From contig JBGAHS010000002.1 in assembly GCA_044226015.1 (NCBI GenBank), forward strand, positions 320,001-384,000: a stretch of 64,000 nt of DNA, given 5' to 3'. The position numbers and the translations under genes are program-made. This DNA comes from Candidatus Obscuribacteraceae bacterium (GTDB taxonomy: Bacteria > Cyanobacteriota > Vampirovibrionia > Obscuribacterales > Obscuribacteraceae). Positions 59,919-64,000 of the stretch are shown in pieces. The first letter of the stretch is position 1; every line of letters begins with the position of its first letter. Below the pieces are notes generated by a model, which worked only from the letters and a program-made list of their open reading frames with translations, ran no database searches and was not told the origin of the DNA.

Positions 59919-61142
59919 ATGAGAAAAGTTCACTCAAGAGAAGCGAACACACGACATAAGAAACCTTCTAACGGCAAAGCACCCATATCGCGTCTTTCAC
60001 ATGGGTTCATAAGCAACATCTATCAGGCTATCACTGGCAACGTCCAAATCCCGCAGCACTTCGTTCGCCGAGCATTGGCAAACGGGCTGCCTGAACCGGA
60101 GCTGCAAGATGCTATTCGATGCGCTCGCACAGCGGTTTTACTTCCAGACTATTTGCTTTCCGCTGCCGAACAGAAGTTCGAACGAGCCGTTTATTGGGAT
60201 GAACTTGGACTTAAAACAAGAGCGAGAGATCTTTATCTTGAGGCTGCGCTCTGGGCTTTGAACGCAGAGCTTCTCATTGACGATGAGGAAAAACGCAATC
60301 TCGTTTGGCAAAAATATCGCGAGAGCTACCGCCGTGCAGCGCCATATTTTGCACACCCTGCAGAAGAGATCAGCATCAATTATCTTGCCACCGCACTCAG
60401 TGGCTATTTCCGAGTACCAGCGAGTGCATTTGATGAGCAAGGACAACTTGCAATCGGACCCGTAAAATTGCCGGTCATTGTGCTACTAAATGGACTCTTC
60501 ACGGCTCGCGAAGAATTGCACTACTTCGAAAATTCGCTTTTATCACAAGGCTTTGCGACAGTTACGATCGATTACCCGGGAACGCAAGCTCACAGTGCAC
60601 ATGTTCCTTCAAGCTTCGACGTAAAAGAGCTTGCCAATTCAATTTATCTTTTCCTGTCCACTCGCCCGGAAGTTGACTGCTCACGCATTTCGCTTTATGG
60701 ACAGAGCGTCGGTGGACGCATCGCAATTCAAATGGCGTTGGCATTCCCAGAGCGATTCTGCTCAATAGTTAGCATGTCTACACCGATCGATTTGCTATCA
60801 AACCTGGACAAGCTTTCTGCTGCCTTTGCTAGAGAGCATATGGTTCCTACCAGCGCAGCAAGAGCGTCTCTCTATGAACTAGCATTACATACTGAAATCG
60901 AACAAAACATCCAACATATCGAGTCACCACTGCTGGTGCTCGGCGGAGGGAAAGACCGAGTAACGAGCGCGGAACAAACTAGAATTCTCTTTGACCGCTC
61001 GCTTTCATCCGACAAGAAGCTGGTTCTATCGCCTGGGGCTGGTCACTGCCTCTACGAAATGATGCCTAGCTTACGCTATGACATCGCTCAATGGTTCAGA
61101 CAACGTGCCACAGTATTCGCCAGCACACCTGTGACTGAGTAG
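59919..61142 (+). CDS. Alpha/beta hydrolase (FrsA/DUF1100-like)
   Basis: Nucleophile GQSVGG, acid GGKDRV, His GAGHC; AGGAG upstream of ATG 59919. Confidence 0.85.
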   Translation: MRKVHSREANTRHKKPSNGKAPISRLSHGFISNIYQAITGNVQIPQHFVRRALANGLPEPELQDAIRCARTAVLLPDYLLSAAEQKFERAVYWDELGLKTRARDLYLEAALWALNAELLIDDEEKRNLVWQKYRESYRRAAPYFAHPAEEISINYLATALSGYFRVPASAFDEQGQLAIGPVKLPVIVLLNGLFTAREELHYFENSLLSQGFATVTIDYPGTQAHSAHVPSSFDVKELANSIYLFLSTRPEVDCSRISLYGQSVGGRIAIQMALAFPERFCSIVSMSTPIDLLSNLDKLSAAFAREHMVPTSAARASLYELALHTEIEQNIQHIESPLLVLGGGKDRVTSAEQTRILFDRSLSSDKKLVLSPGAGHCLYEMMPSLRYDIAQWFRQRATVFASTPVTE

Positions 61143-61160
61143 CTATCATCAATTACGAAT

Positions 61161-61284
61161 GAATCGATTCAATGCCTGGTCCGCTACGGTCCTTGCACCC
61201 TAAACCATTGCGGCACAGGAGTTCTGAATCGATTCAGTGCCTGGTCAGCTATGGTCCTTGCATCCTAAACCAGTGGCGGCACAG
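61161..61284. repeat. Intergenic 65-bp imperfect direct duplication
   Basis: GAATCGATTCA.TGCCTGGTC.GCTA.GGTCCTTGCA.CCTAAACCA at 61161 and 61226. Confidence 0.85.
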
Positions 61285-61428
61285 TTGTAACAGGTAGTTG
61301 GTATCAACGAGTTCAGAATCGAATCTATACCGGTCAGATGCGGGGCAAACACCATATCCAGATACGGCACCTGTGCACAGTCCTTGTTATTTGCTAAAGT
61401 AGCTTTGCAGTTATAAGAAAGCAATTCC

Positions 61429-61911
61429 ATGAAACCAGCAACAACAACATACGCTTCCTTCAAATCATCAGCCTTCAATACCACCGAAGATAAAGACTCT
61501 TTTGTCAACCCAGGCTGTTTTGGCGATGATGTCTGCGCGTTCCTAATGAAAGGACTCGAAAGCTCCCCACTGGACTGCTGCAAGGAACCAATCGCAGAAG
61601 ACTGGGGCTGGGAGTTCACCTTCAAGTGCAACGAGAAGCCATACTTTGTGGGTTGCGCATTCAATACCGACTACGAATGCTGGCTGATCTTTATTGAACC
61701 AATGAAGGGATTCAAAGACATGATGAAGTCCCTTTTTGGAAAAGACGACAAAACAGTTCCTCTAGAAACAGCTAACGAGATCCACAAAGTACTTTCTGCA
61801 TCCGACAAGATTAGCGATTTAAAGTGGCATGGCAGCAAAGATTGGGCTGACGCTCTGGAAAATCAGTCAAAAGGTTTGACTGATAACATCGGCTCTAATG
61901 AACCATTTTAG
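61429..61911 (+). CDS. Hypothetical protein
   Basis: 160-aa ORF with FVNPGCFG and EDWGW motifs typical of a compact conserved domain. Confidence 0.75.
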   Translation: MKPATTTYASFKSSAFNTTEDKDSFVNPGCFGDDVCAFLMKGLESSPLDCCKEPIAEDWGWEFTFKCNEKPYFVGCAFNTDYECWLIFIEPMKGFKDMMKSLFGKDDKTVPLETANEIHKVLSASDKISDLKWHGSKDWADALENQSKGLTDNIGSNEPF

Positions 61912-61938
61912 AACGCACCATGTAATTCACCAAAGGAG

Positions 61939-63591
61939 TTGCCATTGCGCTGGCCAAGTCCACAAGATTTCCGAGAGTCCATTCAGTCTCCCCTGATTAA
62001 TTTGTCTGACCCGGAACTTCGCGAGAGCGAATTAGCTCTAGATGCATTGCAGCTGCCCATTGTGACATGCGGGCAGTTTGCTGCAGTTTTTAAGATTACT
62101 GGCACGAGGAAAACCTGGGCGGTCAGGTGTTTTCTTCACAACTTTCCAGACCGGCACGAGAGATACAAGCGAATATCTGAGTTCATCTTAAAAGATGATT
62201 TGGAATACACCGTGGACTTCGAATTGATTGATAAAGGAATTCAAGTCGGCGACGAATGGTATCCGCTATTGAAGATGGAGTATGTTACGGGGATTCCCTT
62301 GGGAAGATACGTTCGAGAGAATCTAAAATCTACGGAAAAACTCTCTACTTTGCTACAGCAATTCGAAGAAATGATGTTCGCTCTAAAGAATGATGGTATC
62401 GCGCACGGTGACCTACAGCACGACAATATTTTGATAAATGAGCAGGGGCGTTTGCGCCTAATCGATTATGACGGCATGTTTGTTCCGTCCCTGAAAGGCT
62501 GGAGAAGCAACGAACTTGGACACAGGAATTTCCAACATCCCGGAAGAACAGAAACTTGCTTTGGTCCATCTCTAGATAATTTCGCAGCGCATTTAATACG
62601 AGACAGTTTGAAGTGTTTAATTGAGGATGAAAACTCGCACAAACTCTTCTTGAAACGCGACGAAGCATTTTTTCTATCGCGAGAAGACTACCTTAATGAA
62701 GACAGCGACAATTTTGGCGACATGGAAACCGCAGGAGGTAGTTGTCTCGAATTTTCCAGAAGAATCAGGACACTCTTGCGTAAACCGATCGAGGAGATTC
62801 CTTTTATCGACGAAAGTTTCGTGAACGACCTGGAGATGGTACCAGCCCTCGCCACTAAATCCAGGGAATCAAACTCTTCGAAAATCCAGCTAAATCAAGG
62901 TTCAAGACTGAACAAATTAAGCGATGCCGAACTAATGAACCTGGATAAAACAGACCGCTACATGGAGGGCTGTGCACTACGACCTTTGTGCAAAGTAGAG
63001 GCTGGGATGGATCTTGGGGCTTACGCAGGCACTGCATTGAAATCAGTTCCGGGCAAACAGCTAATTTGGATGAGTGAGCCTAGAGAAACAACAGAGTGGC
63101 GTGAATTTGAGCCAAGAAGCCGGGGCTTGCAAGTATTGGGTATAGTGGTTTGTCTTGTGCTTTCCATATTGAGCATATCCGCACTTCCCGTCGCAGCGGT
63201 GTTCATGACCTGCCTGGTATTAATTTTTTTCCGAATGAGCCTCACGGATAAAGCGATTTTTAGTTGCGTGCGCTTTGGCGTCAGCAAAGGTAATCTCTTG
63301 CTTGTTTTTCGAACCAACTGTAGGTACGTAAAAACAGAAACACCGCTTGCCACTGAGCTTGTATTACTAGAAATACCCCTGTCATACATTACGATCGCAT
63401 GGTTTTCAGAATCAGGCGCAGGGTTCTACGTTAGTACTCCTAATGAAAAACCATTTCAGAAAAACTTTGATGGAACTTTTGGACTCCAAAATTTTGACAG
63501 CGAAGAGTGCAAGAAATTTGAGGCGGCCCTAAGAGAGGCTGGGATGACTGCAACGAATCCTTATCTGGAGACATGGGATATTCCTTATTAG
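61939..63591 (+). CDS. TerY-P-type protein kinase with C-terminal TM hairpin, paralog 2
   Basis: WPSPQDFRESIQ, GQFAAVF, WAVRCF, HGDLQHDNIL, IDYDGMFVP, ELGHRNFQHP; AAGGAG upstream. Confidence 0.85.
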   Translation: MPLRWPSPQDFRESIQSPLINLSDPELRESELALDALQLPIVTCGQFAAVFKITGTRKTWAVRCFLHNFPDRHERYKRISEFILKDDLEYTVDFELIDKGIQVGDEWYPLLKMEYVTGIPLGRYVRENLKSTEKLSTLLQQFEEMMFALKNDGIAHGDLQHDNILINEQGRLRLIDYDGMFVPSLKGWRSNELGHRNFQHPGRTETCFGPSLDNFAAHLIRDSLKCLIEDENSHKLFLKRDEAFFLSREDYLNEDSDNFGDMETAGGSCLEFSRRIRTLLRKPIEEIPFIDESFVNDLEMVPALATKSRESNSSKIQLNQGSRLNKLSDAELMNLDKTDRYMEGCALRPLCKVEAGMDLGAYAGTALKSVPGKQLIWMSEPRETTEWREFEPRSRGLQVLGIVVCLVLSILSISALPVAAVFMTCLVLIFFRMSLTDKAIFSCVRFGVSKGNLLLVFRTNCRYVKTETPLATELVLLEIPLSYITIAWFSESGAGFYVSTPNEKPFQKNFDGTFGLQNFDSEECKKFEAALREAGMTATNPYLETWDIPY

Positions 63592-63720
63592 CTGATTTAT
63601 GAAATGATTTACCTTCATTCCGTTTCTTTTTTTCAAGAATCAAGAACAGCAAAATGGTTCCACAAAATCTTAATGCCTTCCAAGTATTATTGAGCTATCA
63701 AACAACCCAATTTCCTAACA

Positions 63721-63742
63721 GCAGCTCCCGAAAGGGAGCTGC
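63721..63742. terminator. GC-rich hairpin, possible terminator
   Basis: GCAGCTCCC-GAAA-GGGAGCTGC; weak U-tract. Confidence 0.5.
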
Positions 63743-64000
63743 CTGATTTCTGGACTAGACTATTAGCAGCCAAAATCAGCACAAGCTGGAAATCAAATAC
63801 TTCCTTCGAGGTCCGATCCGAGTATGGAACAACTAAATGAGCAAGCAGCCACAAAGAATCAATTAGATGCAACGATACCACTCTACACGAATGCCTACTC
63901 TGTTTTCCTATCAAGACAAACTCAAAAAGAAAACGATGATGCTAGCGAATTTTCAAACGCTACGGCGCAAACCGAAGAACAAAGAACTTCAAAAGCAAGC

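Noticed and set aside
61245..61664. 139-aa minus-strand ORF
   Set aside because: Overlaps the better-supported plus-strand 61429..61911 gene and the intergenic duplication

Overview
Gene-dense bacterial window with about 38 CDS and no rRNA, tRNA, transposase/integrase or true CRISPR array that I can recognise. The gene content resembles Candidatus Obscuribacterales (Vampirovibrionia/Melainabacteria): many Ser/Thr kinases, MshEN-like/TPR proteins, low-complexity orphans and a giant Gly-rich exoprotein. That taxonomic call is inference only. Ordinary content: three two-component modules, CoA-transferase III, LpqC-like esterase, MFS, HIT, S53 peptidase, 5-oxoprolinase, DUF2207, CDF transporter, HEAT protein, ECF-like sigma plus partner, alpha/beta hydrolase. 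Most notable signals: (1) two paralogous APC/KimA-like transporters, each preceded by four 11-bp-phased CTT(G/T)A(T/C)-like boxes resembling a KdpE operator, with an N-terminally truncated kdpD-kdpE pair 10-17 kb away and no kdpFABC in the window; (2) a 403-aa protein made of nine LNPQPLPP cores with variable spacers; (3) a dispersed family of 66-68 bp tandem repeats with a CCGGTACCG(G) palindromic core, including one flipped core and one copy with compensatory changes; (4) a hidden papain-like Cys-His-Asn triad in a repeat-rich orphan, and an N-terminal LPxLx(I/L) motif shared by several orphans; (5) a 3072-aa Gly-rich exoprotein; (6) two TerY-P-type kinases without their usual partners.
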